A stretch of DNA of 64,000 nucleotides from an uncultured Pelagibacteraceae bacterium (GTDB lineage: Bacteria; Pseudomonadota; Alphaproteobacteria; Pelagibacterales; Pelagibacteraceae). Made by a program: the position numbers and the translations under genes. The notes below the pieces were generated by a model. The model had not been told where the DNA came from and searched no databases. It saw only the letters and a program-made list of their open reading frames with translations. Shown here one piece after another: positions 1-11,874 of this stretch (positions are counted from its first letter, which is position 1; every line of letters begins with the position of its first letter). The stretch is taken from the NCBI GenBank assembly GCA_902577075.1, contig CACGXV010000002.1, positions 42,858 through 106,857 of the forward strand. Direction: 5' to 3'.

Positions 1-1309
1 TACTTTGCATCATACTATTTAGTCTTTCAGCCTCCTCAGACGTAAAAACAACTTTTCCACTTGCAGCACCAGGTGATGCAGGTAAGCCTAACCCAATTAC
101 TTCTAGGTTTGCTTTCTCATCTAAAGTTGGATGAAGCAAAGTGTCTAAAGAACTTGGTTCTATTCGCAATATTGCATCTTTTTTGGTAATCAACTTTTCT
201 TTAACCATATCTACAGCTATTTTAACAGCAGACTTAGCTGTCCGTTTTCCAGAGCGCGTTTGAAGCATCCAAAGTTTTTTATTTTCAACAGTAAACTCCA
301 CGTCCTGCATATCTTTGTAATGTTTTTCTAACTTATTTAAAATATTTTTAAGTTGCTTGTATGTCTCTGGCATTGTCTCTTCCATTGACTTAAGAGTTTC
401 TTTTGACTCAACTCTGGCTTTTTTTGTAATATGTTGGGGTGTTCTGGTTCCAGCAACTACATCCTCTCCTTGTGCATTTATTAAATATTCCCCATAAATA
501 TTTTTTGATCCATCTGATGGATTTCTAGTAAATACTACACCAGTTGCGCAATCATTTCCCATATTTCCAAAAACCATTGATTGTACATTAACTGCTGTAC
601 CCCAATGGGACGGTATTTGATTTAATTTTCTATAGACTTTTGCTCTATTACTTTCCCAAGATAAAAATACAGCACTTATAGCTCCCACCAGTTGTTCTTT
701 GACATTTTGAGGAAAATCTTTTTTTGTTTTTTCTTTTACAGTGTTTTTAAAATCTTTTATTAAAGCTTCCCAGTCATACTCGTCTAATTCTGTGTCTAGT
801 AATACTCCTTTTGTTAACTTATAGTTCTCGATTATATCCTCAAAGTGATAGGCTTCGATACCCAACACAACATTGGAATACATTTGAATAAAACGTCTAT
901 AACTATCATTTGCAAACCTTAAATTTGAAGTTTTTTTTGCAAGTGCTATTACCGTATTATCATTTAGGCCTAGATTTAAAATTGTATCCATCATACCAGG
1001 CATTGAAACCCTAGCTCCAGATCTTACAGAAACTAGGAGAGGATTTTTTATATCTCCAAATTTTTTCCCTGAGTCTTTTTCAATCAATTTTAATTCTTTA
1101 TTTATTTCATTAAGTATTTTTTTATTTAATTTTTTTTTATTCTTATAAAACAAATTGCATACCTCAGTAGATATTATAAAACCAGGGGGCACAGGTAGTC
1201 CCATTCTTCCCATTTCAGAAAGGTTTGCACCTTTGCCACCAAGAATATTTTTTGGTAGTTTAATTTTTTTTATTTCATTTGATTTAAAATTAAATATAAT
1301 TTTTTTCAT
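1..1309 (-). CDS. ppdK: Pyruvate, phosphate dikinase, N-terminal part (runs off window start)
   Basis: Not in ORF track. Manual translation from ATG at 1309 gives MKKIIFNF...LGGKGANLSEMGRMGLPVPPGFIISTE...LLVSVRSGARVSMPGMMDTILNLG. Follows glyS as in alphaproteobacteria. Confidence 0.96.
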   Translation of the reverse strand, partial: MKKIIFNFKSNEIKKIKLPKNILGGKGANLSEMGRMGLPVPPGFIISTEVCNLFYKNKKKLNKKILNEINKELKLIEKDSGKKFGDIKNPLLVSVRSGARVSMPGMMDTILNLGLNDNTVIALAKKTSNLRFANDSYRRFIQMYSNVVLGIEAYHFEDIIENYKLTKGVLLDTELDEYDWEALIKDFKNTVKEKTKKDFPQNVKEQLVGAISAVFLSWESNRAKVYRKLNQIPSHWGTAVNVQSMVFGNMGNDCATGVVFTRNPSDGSKNIYGEYLINAQGEDVVAGTRTPQHITKKARVESKETLKSMEETMPETYKQLKNILNKLEKHYKDMQDVEFTVENKKLWMLQTRSGKRTAKSAVKIAVDMVKEKLITKKDAILRIEPSSLDTLLHPTLDEKANLEVIGLGLPASPGAASGKVVFTSEEAERLNSMMQS

Positions 1310-1310
1310 A

Positions 1311-3374
1311 CTAGGCTTCTATTTTTGAAAAATTAAAATAGTTATCAAAAGTTTTACACAACATGTTTAATAATTCTAATCTATTTTTTTTAATTATTAT
1401 ATCTTCATCGTTAACAATAACATTATCGAAAAAATCGTTTACCTCATTTTTAATACTTGATAAAATTTTTAGACTTTCCTCATAATTTTCATCTTTTCCA
1501 ATGCTCAGAAAATATTTTCTTATATCATTTATTTTTTTATATAATTTTTTCTCATAATCATTTTTAAATAAGCCTGGATCTGCAAAACCGAGAGTTTCAA
1601 TAGATATCTTTTCTTCAGTATTTAATATATTTGAAGATCTTTTGTATACTGCAATAGTTTCAAAACCGATTTCTTTTTTTATATTTTTATTTAAACATAA
1701 AGATTTTTTATAAGCCTTTAATAAATCATCCAATCCAAGCAAAAATGTTGCACTTTCAATTATATCTTGTCTTATTTTTTTTTCTTTTAAATAATTTTTT
1801 AATCTCTCAATTATGAAATCGCCTAATTCGTTTTGTATCTTTTTGGTGTCAAAATTATAGCCCTGATCTTTATATGCTGAACAAGTGTAAACAATTAAAT
1901 CTTTTAATTTGATTTTTGTTTCATTTTCAACAATTAATCTGACAAGACTTATAGCCATTCTTCTTATAGCATATGGGTCTTTTGAACTAGTAGGTTTCAG
2001 ATTTATTCCAAAAAAACCTACTAATGAATCTAGTTTATCGCTTAAAGATAAAGCAACACTGTACATTTTTTTTGGTAGTTTGCTTTCCATGCCGTTAGGC
2101 AAATATTGTTCAGATACAGCAAGACAAACTTCTTTATCAAATCCTTGAAACTTTGCAAAGTGACCACCAACAATACCTTGGAGTTCTGGAAATTCCCCAA
2201 CAAGATCGGACATTAAATCAACTTTACAAATTGATGAGGCTATTTCAATTTTATCTTTACTAATTAAAAAATCATCAGAAATTAATGATGATAACTTTCT
2301 CATTCGTTGAATTTTATCAAAGTAGGATCCTAAACCTTTAAAGTAATTTATATTTTTCAATTTATCTACTTGTTTAACTAAATTTTGAGTTTTATTTTTT
2401 TCCCAAAAAAACTCAGCATCGCTTAATCTTGCTTCAATCACTCTCTCATTTCCTAATTTAACAAACCCTTTAGTGTCTTTCATATCTGAAACTACAAAAA
2501 AATTATTTGTAAGATTATTTTTTTTGTCAAAAATTGGTAAATATTTTTGATGACTCTGCATAGTCGTAATCAATATTTCACTAGGTACATTCAAAAATTT
2601 TTTGTCGAAATTACAAACAATTACTGATGGTTTTTCAACTATATTTACTATTTCATCTATAAGTCTTTCATTCTGCTCGATATTTAAATTTTTTTTATTA
2701 ATTATTTCATTAATCTTATTCTGTATTATTTTTTTTCTTAAATCTTGGTCAATTAAAATACCTCTTTGTTTAAAAAATTTTAAATACGAATTAAAGTCGT
2801 TAAAAATTTTCAAACCTTCTTCTAGTGATTTATCTATAAAAGTTTTGTTAGAGCTATTTATATGGTTAAAAACAAAATTAAGAGGTTTTTTATTAAATAT
2901 TGCTAAAATGGATTTAAGAGGTCTTCCCCAGTAAAGATCATAATTTGCCCATTTCATTGATTTTTTCCATGTTATCTTTGATAAGATTTCACTTAAATTT
3001 TTTTCTAATAAATCTGAAACTTTTATTTTTCTAGTCTCTTTTTTAAAAAAGTAGAATTCACCTTTCTCAGTACTTTTTTTAAAGATTTTTTCTAACGTTG
3101 TATTATTAGATCTAATAAATCCCTCCAAAGCTTTTTCAGGAGCATTTACATTTGGACCTCTTATTTCCTGCGAGTTAAGTTTAATTTCATTAGGGATTTT
3201 ATCAATATGAAGAACTAGTCTATTTGGTGTTGAAAAAACGTTGAAATTTTCGTTAAATTTAATTTGGTTATCAATAAAAAAATTTTTAATATTTTTCTTT
3301 AACTCATTCCGTGCATTAATTTGAAGCTTTGCAGGAATTTCCTCACTAAATAGCTCTACAAATAATTCTGACAT
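1311..3374 (-). CDS. glyS: Glycine--tRNA ligase beta subunit
   Basis: ELFSEEIPA, TPNRL, EFPELQG, SKDPYAIRR motifs; adjacent to glyQ. Confidence 0.97.
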   Translation of the reverse strand: MSELFVELFSEEIPAKLQINARNELKKNIKNFFIDNQIKFNENFNVFSTPNRLVLHIDKIPNEIKLNSQEIRGPNVNAPEKALEGFIRSNNTTLEKIFKKSTEKGEFYFFKKETRKIKVSDLLEKNLSEILSKITWKKSMKWANYDLYWGRPLKSILAIFNKKPLNFVFNHINSSNKTFIDKSLEEGLKIFNDFNSYLKFFKQRGILIDQDLRKKIIQNKINEIINKKNLNIEQNERLIDEIVNIVEKPSVIVCNFDKKFLNVPSEILITTMQSHQKYLPIFDKKNNLTNNFFVVSDMKDTKGFVKLGNERVIEARLSDAEFFWEKNKTQNLVKQVDKLKNINYFKGLGSYFDKIQRMRKLSSLISDDFLISKDKIEIASSICKVDLMSDLVGEFPELQGIVGGHFAKFQGFDKEVCLAVSEQYLPNGMESKLPKKMYSVALSLSDKLDSLVGFFGINLKPTSSKDPYAIRRMAISLVRLIVENETKIKLKDLIVYTCSAYKDQGYNFDTKKIQNELGDFIIERLKNYLKEKKIRQDIIESATFLLGLDDLLKAYKKSLCLNKNIKKEIGFETIAVYKRSSNILNTEEKISIETLGFADPGLFKNDYEKKLYKKINDIRKYFLSIGKDENYEESLKILSSIKNEVNDFFDNVIVNDEDIIIKKNRLELLNMLCKTFDNYFNFSKIEA

Positions 3375-4246
3375 TAACTTTGGCTTTCAATCCAAACTTT
3401 CCCAATTGATTTAGTTAGTTCTCTTATCCTTGCAATATATTCAGCCCTTTGTGCTACACTAATCACCCCTCTAGCATCTAGAATATTAAATACATGGCTA
3501 CATTTTAAACATTGATCGTATGCTGGAAGTGAAATTTTTTTTTCAACTAATAATTTTGTTTCTTCTTCAAGCATATCGAATATTTTAAATAAATTGTCAG
3601 TATTGGCATATTCAAAATTATAAGCTGAAAATTCTCTTTCTGATTGATGGAAAACATCCTTATATAAGATGCCCTTATTATTCCAATTCAAATCAAAAAC
3701 GTTTTTTTTATCTTGAATAAACATACACAATCTTTCCAAACCATAAGTAATTTCTACAGACACAGGATTACATTCAATACCAGCCATTTGCTGGAAATAA
3801 GTAAATTGTGTAACTTCCATTCCATCACACCAAACTTCCCATCCAAGGCCTGCGGCTCCTAAAGTAGGACTTTCCCAGTCATCTTCTACAAATCTAATAT
3901 CATGATCTTCATGATTAATTCCAATCGAATTTAAACTATTTAAATACATTTTTTTAATATCTTTTGGAGAAGGTTTAATTAAAACTTGAAATTGATAGTA
4001 ATGTTGTAATCTATTTGGATTGTCTCCATATCGACCATCAGTAGGTCTACGTGATGGTTGCACATAAGCAGTTTTCCATGGTTTTGGTCCTAGAGACCTA
4101 AGAGTGGTTGCAGGATGAAATGTTCCAGCTCCTACCTCTAGATCGTACGGTTGTAATATTACACAACCTTTTTTTGCCCAAAATTTTTGCAAATTAAAAA
4201 TAGTATCTTGAAAAGAAAAATTATTTTTTTTTATTTTAGAGGCCAT
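3374..4246 (-). CDS. glyQ: Glycine--tRNA ligase alpha subunit
   Basis: [41 protein letters not shown]. Confidence 0.98.
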   Translation of the reverse strand: MASKIKKNNFSFQDTIFNLQKFWAKKGCVILQPYDLEVGAGTFHPATTLRSLGPKPWKTAYVQPSRRPTDGRYGDNPNRLQHYYQFQVLIKPSPKDIKKMYLNSLNSIGINHEDHDIRFVEDDWESPTLGAAGLGWEVWCDGMEVTQFTYFQQMAGIECNPVSVEITYGLERLCMFIQDKKNVFDLNWNNKGILYKDVFHQSEREFSAYNFEYANTDNLFKIFDMLEEETKLLVEKKISLPAYDQCLKCSHVFNILDARGVISVAQRAEYIARIRELTKSIGKVWIESQS

Positions 4247-5045
4247 ATCTTTGCCAGATTGATCTCTCCTCTAACACACTTAAAATCTTCTCAGCATAAT
4301 TTTCTGAGGATGATAATTTTTTTGACAACCATCCCTTAGATTTTTCAAACTTCTTAATCTCAATTTGATCTCCAAATTTTTCTCTTAATATTTGCTCTGC
4401 ATTACCCAATCCATCAATTAAACCTAGTTCTTTTGCTTTTTTTCCTGCCCAAAATTCACCAGAAAAAAGTTCAATACCAGATTTTTTATTGAGTTTATTT
4501 TTTCTACTTTCCTCAACTACATCAATAAAGTCCTGATGTATTTCTAATTGGATATTTTTTAAACGATTTATATCTTCCTCTTTTTCATCCAGAAAAGGGT
4601 CTAAAGTGCTTTTATTCTTGCCAGCTGTGTATACTCTTCTTTGAACCCCAATTTTTTCTATTAAGTTTTTAAATCCGAATGATGCAGAAATAACTCCAAT
4701 TGATCCTATTATCGAACTTGAATTCGCATAAATCTCATCGCCAGCACACGCAATTAGATATCCACCAGATGCAGCTACATCTTCAGCAAAAACTATAACT
4801 TTTTTTTTTGTTTTTTTTGATTGCTCTTTAATGAGTTTATATATCAGATGAGATTGTACTGGAGATCCTCCTGGTGAGTTTATTGTAATTGCCACTGCTA
4901 AGGCTTTTTTTATTGAAAAAGCTTTTTTTATAATTTCTTCTTGGCTTGAAAAATCTATACCTTGTCTAAATCTTCCAGCATTTCCTATAACTCCAGATAA
5001 TTTGAGATGGCTAATTATCTTTTTTTTTTTTAAAAATGAAAACAT
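4236..5045 (-). CDS. S49 family peptidase (SppA/SohB-like)
   Basis: [32 protein letters not shown] motifs. Confidence 0.92.
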   Translation of the reverse strand: MFSFLKKKKIISHLKLSGVIGNAGRFRQGIDFSSQEEIIKKAFSIKKALAVAITINSPGGSPVQSHLIYKLIKEQSKKTKKKVIVFAEDVAASGGYLIACAGDEIYANSSSIIGSIGVISASFGFKNLIEKIGVQRRVYTAGKNKSTLDPFLDEKEEDINRLKNIQLEIHQDFIDVVEESRKNKLNKKSGIELFSGEFWAGKKAKELGLIDGLGNAEQILREKFGDQIEIKKFEKSKGWLSKKLSSSENYAEKILSVLEERSIWQRYGL

Positions 5046-5156
5046 AAGAATTTTTATAAGTTTTTTAAAATATTTAATAAACTCTAGTTATAATTAAAGA
5101 ATGAGGTGCGTCAATTGATAAGTATAATAATAATTTGTATATAATAGTTTTAAAAT

Positions 5157-6170
5157 ATGGGAACTGTAATACAACTTAAAAAACAAATTAATAACTCTTA
5201 TACAGACTTAAAAAACTCAGTTGAAGATAAGTTGATTCTAGTTGAAGAAAAAATTAATTCCAGATTAGCAAGTAAAGTTGAATTAGTTCAAAAGATGACA
5301 AAATATCATTTAAGCACTAGAGGTAAAAGACTTAGAGCTCTATTAACATTGCAATGCTCAAAAATTTGTGGATACGAGAAAGGATTAAGAGATGTTAATC
5401 TGGCTGCATGTGTTGAATTAATCCATGCAGCAACTTTAATGCACGATGATGTAATTGATAACTCTAAAATTAGAAGAGGAAAAAAGACCTTAAATAAGAT
5501 CTGGGGAAATCACTCGTCAATTTTAGTAGGCGATTATCTCTTAAGTAAATGTTTTGAAATGATGGTTGAAGATGGAAATTTAGAATTACTTAAACTTTTG
5601 GCTAACACATCATCAGAAATTGCTCAAGGTGAAGTTCTACAATTGCAACACAATAAAGAAATAGACATGTTAGAGGAGACATATCTTAATATTATTTCCT
5701 CAAAGACTGCATCATTATTTGCAGCAGCTACTAAAGTTGGCGCAATTATTTCAGAAAAAGATTTAAAATTTAAAAATGCTTTAGAATTTTATGGAAAAAA
5801 CCTAGGTCTCACATTTCAAATTGCAGATGACACATTAGATTATAATTCTGAATTAAAATTATTTGGAAAAAACATTGGTAATGATTTTTATGAGGGAAAA
5901 GTAACTTTACCTATAATTCTACTTTATCAAAAATTAGATGATGTTGAAAAAGAAAAATTAAAATTTTTATTTGAAAAACAAATTCGTGAAAAGAAAGATT
6001 TAGAATATGTTCTAAGTCTAATAAAAAAAAATAACATAATTAAAGAGTGTTATAAAAAAGCAGAGCATTATGTAAATTTAGCCTCTAATTCTTTAAGTGT
6101 ATTTGAGGAGTCTGATGAAAAAAATGTGCTTAAAAATTTAACATCTTTTAGTATAGAGAGAAATTTCTAA
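5157..6170 (+). CDS. ispB: Long-chain polyprenyl diphosphate synthase
   Basis: ELIHAATLMHDDVID...RRG and FQIADD aspartate-rich motifs, KTASLF, EGKVTLP. Confidence 0.9.
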   Translation: MGTVIQLKKQINNSYTDLKNSVEDKLILVEEKINSRLASKVELVQKMTKYHLSTRGKRLRALLTLQCSKICGYEKGLRDVNLAACVELIHAATLMHDDVIDNSKIRRGKKTLNKIWGNHSSILVGDYLLSKCFEMMVEDGNLELLKLLANTSSEIAQGEVLQLQHNKEIDMLEETYLNIISSKTASLFAAATKVGAIISEKDLKFKNALEFYGKNLGLTFQIADDTLDYNSELKLFGKNIGNDFYEGKVTLPIILLYQKLDDVEKEKLKFLFEKQIREKKDLEYVLSLIKKNNIIKECYKKAEHYVNLASNSLSVFEESDEKNVLKNLTSFSIERNF

Positions 6171-6791
6171 GGGCTTAGCAATACTTTTTTCCAACTTTGA
6201 GTTTTTTTTAATGTATTTCAATCTTTCATGAATTCGATTTTGACCATCAAGCCAGAATTCTATTTCTTTAGGTTTTATTCTCCAGCCTGACCAGTACTCT
6301 GGTCGTGGTACTTTTTTTTGATTTGGGAATTTTTTTTTAAATTCTTTTATAGATTTATATAAATCGTCTCTTTTTTTTAAAATGCTGCTCTGCTGTGAAG
6401 CCCAAGCACCAATTCTACTTCCATATGCTCTTGATTTATAATATTCATCAGCTTCTTTTTTTGAAACTTTAGATGCAATACCAATTACTCTGATTTGTCT
6501 TTGTAGGCTTTTCCAATGAAAACACATGGAAATTTTTGAAGAATTTTTAATGGCTTTACTTTTATCACTTTTTAAATTTGTATAAAAAACGAAACCATTT
6601 TTATCAAAATCTTTAAGAAGAACCATTCTGACTGTTGGAAATCCTTTTTTATTAACAGTACCTACAGCAAACGCATTTGGGTCATTAATTTCAGTTTTTT
6701 TTGCTTTATTGAACCATTCTTCAAAAAGTTTTATTGGGTTATTATGATCTTTAAAGCAAAGATTTAATCCAAGTGAGTTTTTTTCGTTCAT
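6167..6791 (-). CDS. pdxH: Pyridoxamine 5'-phosphate oxidase (one extra base in A8 run near 3' end)
   Basis: RMVLLK, FVFYTN, QRQIRV, AWASQQS, PEYWSGW, EFW...RIHER. Likely start is ATG 6791. Removing one T from the run at 6202-6209 restores a ...WKKVLLSP* end at 6167. Confidence 0.93.
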
Positions 6792-6823
6792 AATTTTTAA
6801 AAAATAATTTATACAGTAAGATA

Positions 6824-7909
6824 ATGTCATTTAATACTTTTGGAAAGTTATTTAGATTTACTACTTGGGGAGAGTCTCATGGTCCTGCAATTGGGTGTGT
6901 TGTGGACGGATGCCCGCCAAATGTTCCAATAAAGGAAAGTGATATTCAAAAAGAACTTAATAAACGAAAACCAGGTCAATCTAAATTCACAACACAAAGA
7001 AAAGAGGATGACAAAATTAATATTTTATCTGGTGTTTTTGAGGGAAAAACTACTGGAACTCCAATATCTTTGATAATTTATAATAAAGACATGAGATCTA
7101 GAGATTATGAGACAATAAAAAACAAATTTCGACCAGGACATGCAGATTACACTTATTTTAAAAAGTATGGAATTCGGGATTATAGAGGAGGTGGAAGGCA
7201 ATCAGCCCGTGAGACTGCAGCAAGAGTTGCAGCAGGGGCAATTGCAAAAGTAGTTTTGAAAAATAAGATTGGTGCTAAATATCAAGCAGTCGGTGCAGTT
7301 ATACAATTAGGAATTTTAGGGTGCGATATAAACAAATGGAAAGACAAAACTATATCCACAAATCCATTTTTTTGTCCTGACAAATCTGTAATAAAGCTCT
7401 GGGAAAAATATTTACTCAGCATAAGAAAAGCTGGTTCATCTTGTGGAGCAATAATTGAGATAAGAGCAAGAGGAGTACCTTTAGGACTTGGAGCGCCAAT
7501 ATATTCCAAATTAGATATGGATTTAGCAGCTGCGATGATGAGCATTAATGCTGTAAAGGGGGTAAATATTGGATCAGGAATGGATTCAGCTATGCTAACT
7601 GGGGAAGAAAACTCTGATGAGATTTCACAAAGAAAAGGTAAAACTAGTTTTAAATCAAACAATGCTGGTGGAATTTTGGGTGGAATTTCAACAGGTCAAG
7701 AAATAAAAATTTCATTTGCTGTTAAACCAACTTCATCGATTTTATCATCTAGAAAAACAATTGATAAGTTCGGCAAAAATACAACAATATCTGTTAAAGG
7801 AAGACATGACCCGTGTGTAGGAATTAGAGCAGTCCCAATAGGAGAAGCTATGATGCATTGTGTAATTCTTGACCACTATTTAATGAACACTGCTCAAAAT
7901 AAAATTTAA
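6824..7909 (+). CDS. aroC: Chorismate synthase
   Basis: [40 protein letters not shown]. Confidence 0.98.
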   Translation: MSFNTFGKLFRFTTWGESHGPAIGCVVDGCPPNVPIKESDIQKELNKRKPGQSKFTTQRKEDDKINILSGVFEGKTTGTPISLIIYNKDMRSRDYETIKNKFRPGHADYTYFKKYGIRDYRGGGRQSARETAARVAAGAIAKVVLKNKIGAKYQAVGAVIQLGILGCDINKWKDKTISTNPFFCPDKSVIKLWEKYLLSIRKAGSSCGAIIEIRARGVPLGLGAPIYSKLDMDLAAAMMSINAVKGVNIGSGMDSAMLTGEENSDEISQRKGKTSFKSNNAGGILGGISTGQEIKISFAVKPTSSILSSRKTIDKFGKNTTISVKGRHDPCVGIRAVPIGEAMMHCVILDHYLMNTAQNKI

Positions 7910-9820
7910 TTAGATTTTTTTATTAAAACTTTTGAATTTAATGTATCTAAAATCTTATTTTCTATACCAATTGAATCAAGATTTGCAAATTTATACATTA
8001 ACTCTGGTTTATCATGATCTATAAATCTATCAGGCAATATCATTGATCTAAATTTTAAATTGCTATCTAGAAGATTTTTTTCACTAAGAAATTGGCTAAC
8101 ATGAGATCCAAATCCACCAATAGATCCCTCCTCTATTGTGATTATAACTTCATGCTCTGTTGCAATTTGCCAGATTAAATTTTCATCTAAGGGTTTTGCA
8201 AATCTTGCATCAATTATAGAAATATTAATTCCTTTTTTAGATAAATTTTCAGATGCTAAAATACACTCATGAAGTCTTGCACCAAAATTTAAAATTACAA
8301 CTTTTTTTCCAGTTTTAATAATTTTTCCTTTACCCAGCTCAATTTTTTCATTTATTTCTGGTAATTCAATCCCTAGACCATTTCCTCTTGGATATCTAAA
8401 AGCTGAGGGTCTATCATTGATATCTATTGAGGTATTGATCATTCTTACAAGCTCAGCTTCATCGCTAGCCGCCATTACTACAAAATTTGGTAGTGTTGAT
8501 AAGTATGTTATATCAAACGAGCCTGCATGTGTTGGTCCATCAGCGCCAACTAGTCCAGCTCTATCAATTGCAAATCTTACTGGCAAGGATTGAATTGCAA
8601 CATCATGAACAACTTGATCATAAGCTCTTTGAAGAAAAGTTGAGTATATTGCTGCATATGGTTTAAATCCCTCTGTAGCCATTCCAGCGGCAAAAGTTAC
8701 TGCGTGCTGTTCTGCTATTCCAACATCAAACATTCTGTTAGGAAATTTTTTTTCCAAATAAATCCATACCTGTTCCTGATGGCATAGCTGCTGTTATACC
8801 AACAACTTTACTATCCTTTTCAGCATGCTTGATTAAGGTGTTAGCAAATACTTTTGTATATGATGGTGCATTAGATGAAGACTTTATCTGTTCTCCTGTT
8901 TTTACATTAAATTTTGAAACTCCGTGGAACTTATCCTCTGACTTTTCAGCAAACTTATATCCTTTCCCTTTTTGAGTTTTAACATGAATTAAAATGGGAC
9001 CATCATAATTAATTTCTTTTGCATTTTTAAATACAGAAACCATTGTATCAATATCATGTCCGTCTATTGGCCCAATGTAATAAAATCCCATGGAATTAAA
9101 TAAAGTACCACCAGTAACTGCGGATCTTAAAAAATCCTCTGCTTTCCCTGCTTTATTTTTAAATCTTTTTGAGAAGGCAGATATGATTAATTTTAATGTC
9201 TCTCTAAAACTAAAATAAATCTTACCTGACAAAATTTTTGCAAGATACTTTCTCATTGCTCCAACAGGTTTTGCAATTGACATGTCATTATCGTTTAAAA
9301 CGACTATCATTTTTGTCTTACTTTCTCCTGCGTTGTTCATTGCCTCATATGCCATACCAGCACTTATCGCTCCATCACCTATGACTGCAATTACATTATC
9401 AGATTTATTTGACAATTTATTAGCAACAGCCATTCCTAGTGCCGAAGATATAGAAGTTGAACTATGTGCAGCGCCGAAAGGATCATACTCGCTTTCTGAT
9501 CTTTTTGTAAAACCAGACAATCCCATCCCTTTTCTTAGTGTTCTAATTTTATTTTTCCTACCAGTTAATATTTTATGAGGATAGGTTTGGTGCCCAACAT
9601 CCCAAATTAATTTATCATGTGGAGTATTAAATATATAATGCAAAACCACAGTGAGCTCTACAACTCCAAGACCAGCTCCTAGGTGTCCACCAGTTTCTGA
9701 AACAACATCAATTAATTCTTGCCTGACCTCGTCAGCCAAAACTTTTATCTCAGATTGAGATAATTTTCTGATATCACTTGGAAAATTGACGTTGTTTAAA
9801 AATTTGTAATTATTGCTCAT
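7906..9820 (-). CDS. dxs: 1-deoxy-D-xylulose-5-phosphate synthase, split by a one-base frameshift into ORFs 8738-9820 and 7906-8757
   Basis: [47 protein letters not shown] | [25 protein letters not shown]. Break is in the T8 run at 8746-8753. Confidence 0.95.
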
Positions 9821-10686
9821 TTTGTTCTACTTAAAATATAATTTATGGTTTCTTTTAGATCTCTACTTTTTTTTCCAAATTTATTTAAACTTTTAAATAT
9901 ATTTAATTTCAGGTTATTTGCATATTTAATAGTATTTTTAGTACCTAGTAAACTTATTAAAGTAGCTTTTCCCATTTTTAAATCTTTTCTAGTTTTTTTT
10001 CCAACGCTTGATGTTTTTCCCTTTAAATCTATTAAATCGTCAGCAATTTGAAACAATAAGCCTATTTCATTACCAATTTTATTAAACATTCCTAAATATT
10101 TTATTTTACCTGACATAATAATTGGTGCCACGCAGCAAAAACTAAAAAGCTTACCAGTTTTCTTAATTTGCATATCAATAATTTGTCTTTTATTTTTTTT
10201 TATTTTTTCATAACTTAAATCTAGATATTGGCCTCCAGCTATACCAGAATGACCAGAACTCTCTGATAGTAAGTTTATTAATTTTATTTTCTTCTTTTCG
10301 CTTAAATTTAATTTTTTCTGGCTCAAAATTTGAAAAGCTATTGTAAGTAAAGAATTACCAGCAAGTATTGCTGTGGACTCACTAAATTTCTTATGGGTCG
10401 TTAACTTTCCTCTCCTTAAATTATCATTATCCATACAGGGTAAATCATCATGAATGAGTGAGTAAGCATGAATGCATTCTACTGCAGCGGCTACTTGCAA
10501 GATATTTTTTTTATTTATTTTAAATATTGAACCAACATCAAATAATATTTTTGATCTTATTTTTTTTCCTCCAGGAAGAAGTCCATATAACATCGGTTTG
10601 ATTAAATTTGTATTTTTTTCTTTAGAAAAATATCGATAAAGATAATCGTTAGTTTTTTTAACAATTCTATTTAGTTTTTTTTTCAT
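9817..10686 (-). CDS. ispA: Farnesyl diphosphate synthase / geranyltranstransferase
   Basis: [43 protein letters not shown]; xseB-ispA-dxs synteny. Confidence 0.93.
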   Translation of the reverse strand: MKKKLNRIVKKTNDYLYRYFSKEKNTNLIKPMLYGLLPGGKKIRSKILFDVGSIFKINKKNILQVAAAVECIHAYSLIHDDLPCMDNDNLRRGKLTTHKKFSESTAILAGNSLLTIAFQILSQKKLNLSEKKKIKLINLLSESSGHSGIAGGQYLDLSYEKIKKNKRQIIDMQIKKTGKLFSFCCVAPIIMSGKIKYLGMFNKIGNEIGLLFQIADDLIDLKGKTSSVGKKTRKDLKMGKATLISLLGTKNTIKYANNLKLNIFKSLNKFGKKSRDLKETINYILSRTK

Positions 10687-10921
10687 CTTTCTTTGATTTT
10701 ATCTCTTTGATTTTTGAATTTGATTTTTCTGATATTTCTCTAAAGTTTTTTTGAAATTTTTTTTCTATAAGTTTGTTTATTTTAATCAAATTTGCATAAT
10801 CCTCTGATTTGTTTTCTAAATTTATTTCATTTTCCAAATTTTTAATAATTTTATCAGCTAAATCCGTGAGCTCATTTAAAGATTTTGATGCAATATCATC
10901 TAGTAAATTTTTTTCATTCAT
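10667..10921 (-). CDS. Small helical protein, divergent exonuclease VII small subunit (XseB)-like
   Basis: Occupies the xseB position upstream of ispA-dxs. SLNEL...IIKNLE..I.LE....Y pattern weakly resembles XseB. Confidence 0.55.
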   Translation of the reverse strand: MNEKNLLDDIASKSLNELTDLADKIIKNLENEINLENKSEDYANLIKINKLIEKKFQKNFREISEKSNSKIKEIKSKKDEKKTK

Positions 10922-10941
10922 ATATTAGTTGGTAATATTAT

Positions 10942-11874
10942 ATGAAAAATAGTGATTCAAATATTAAAAAAGCAATAAAATATTTAAATAATGATGAATG
11001 TGTAGCAATCCCCACCGAAACTGTTTATGGGTTGGCTGCAAATGCTTACTCAAAAAAGGCTGTATCTAGAATATTTAAATTAAAAAAAAGACCAAATAAC
11101 AATCCTTTAATTGTTCACTATTATGATCTCAATGAATTAAAAAAAGATTGTAAAATAAATAACATTTTCATCAGTCTTTATAATAAATTTTGCCCAGGAC
11201 CAATATCGTTTGTTTTAAAGTTAAAAAAAACAAGTAAAATTTCAAAAAAAGCTACGAACAACTCAAATTTAATAGCTGTTAGATTTCCTAGTCATAATTT
11301 AGCAAGAAAGCTATTAAAAAAAATAGATTATCCTCTCGCAGCACCGAGTGCAAATATATCATCAAGTATAAGTCCTGTATCAAAGCAAGACGTATACGAT
11401 GAATTTGGCAATAAAATTAAATTTATTTTAGATGGTGGATCTTCTAAAGTTGGTTTGGAATCTACTATAATAAATCTTATTGGAAAACCTAATATTTTAC
11501 GATTAGGTGGAATAGATAGTAAATCAATTTATAAAACTATAAATTCTTTTAAAAATAAAAATAAGAGAAAAATTAATGTAAAAATGCCTGGAAATAGTAA
11601 ATTACATTACTCACCTGGTATACCTGTGAGACTAAATGTCAAAAAAAATAAAAAAAAAGAAGCATTTATTTTGATAAAAAAAAGAAAAAAAATAAATAAA
11701 AATTATTTTTATTTAAGTAAAACTAATAATTTAAAAGAGGCAGCAAAAAATTTATACAAAACACTAAGGAAAATAAAAAAAAAAAATTACAAACAAATTG
11801 CGGTTGAGAGGATACCTAATATTAACATTGGTGAAGCTATTAATGATAGACTTTTAAGAGCATCAAAAAAATGA
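10942..11874 (+). CDS. tsaC: L-threonylcarbamoyladenylate synthase (Sua5/TsaC)
   Basis: PTETVYGLAANA, KKRPNNNPLIVH, AAPSANIS, GLESTII, PG...HYSP, AINDRLLRA. Confidence 0.94.
   Translation: MKNSDSNIKKAIKYLNNDECVAIPTETVYGLAANAYSKKAVSRIFKLKKRPNNNPLIVHYYDLNELKKDCKINNIFISLYNKFCPGPISFVLKLKKTSKISKKATNNSNLIAVRFPSHNLARKLLKKIDYPLAAPSANISSSISPVSKQDVYDEFGNKIKFILDGGSSKVGLESTIINLIGKPNILRLGGIDSKSIYKTINSFKNKNKRKINVKMPGNSKLHYSPGIPVRLNVKKNKKKEAFILIKKRKKINKNYFYLSKTNNLKEAAKNLYKTLRKIKKKNYKQIAVERIPNINIGEAINDRLLRASKK

Noticed and set aside
5313-5340. IspB motif reads RGKRLR instead of GGKRLR
   Set aside because: A single substitution; variant cannot be told from error, and the catalytic motifs are intact.
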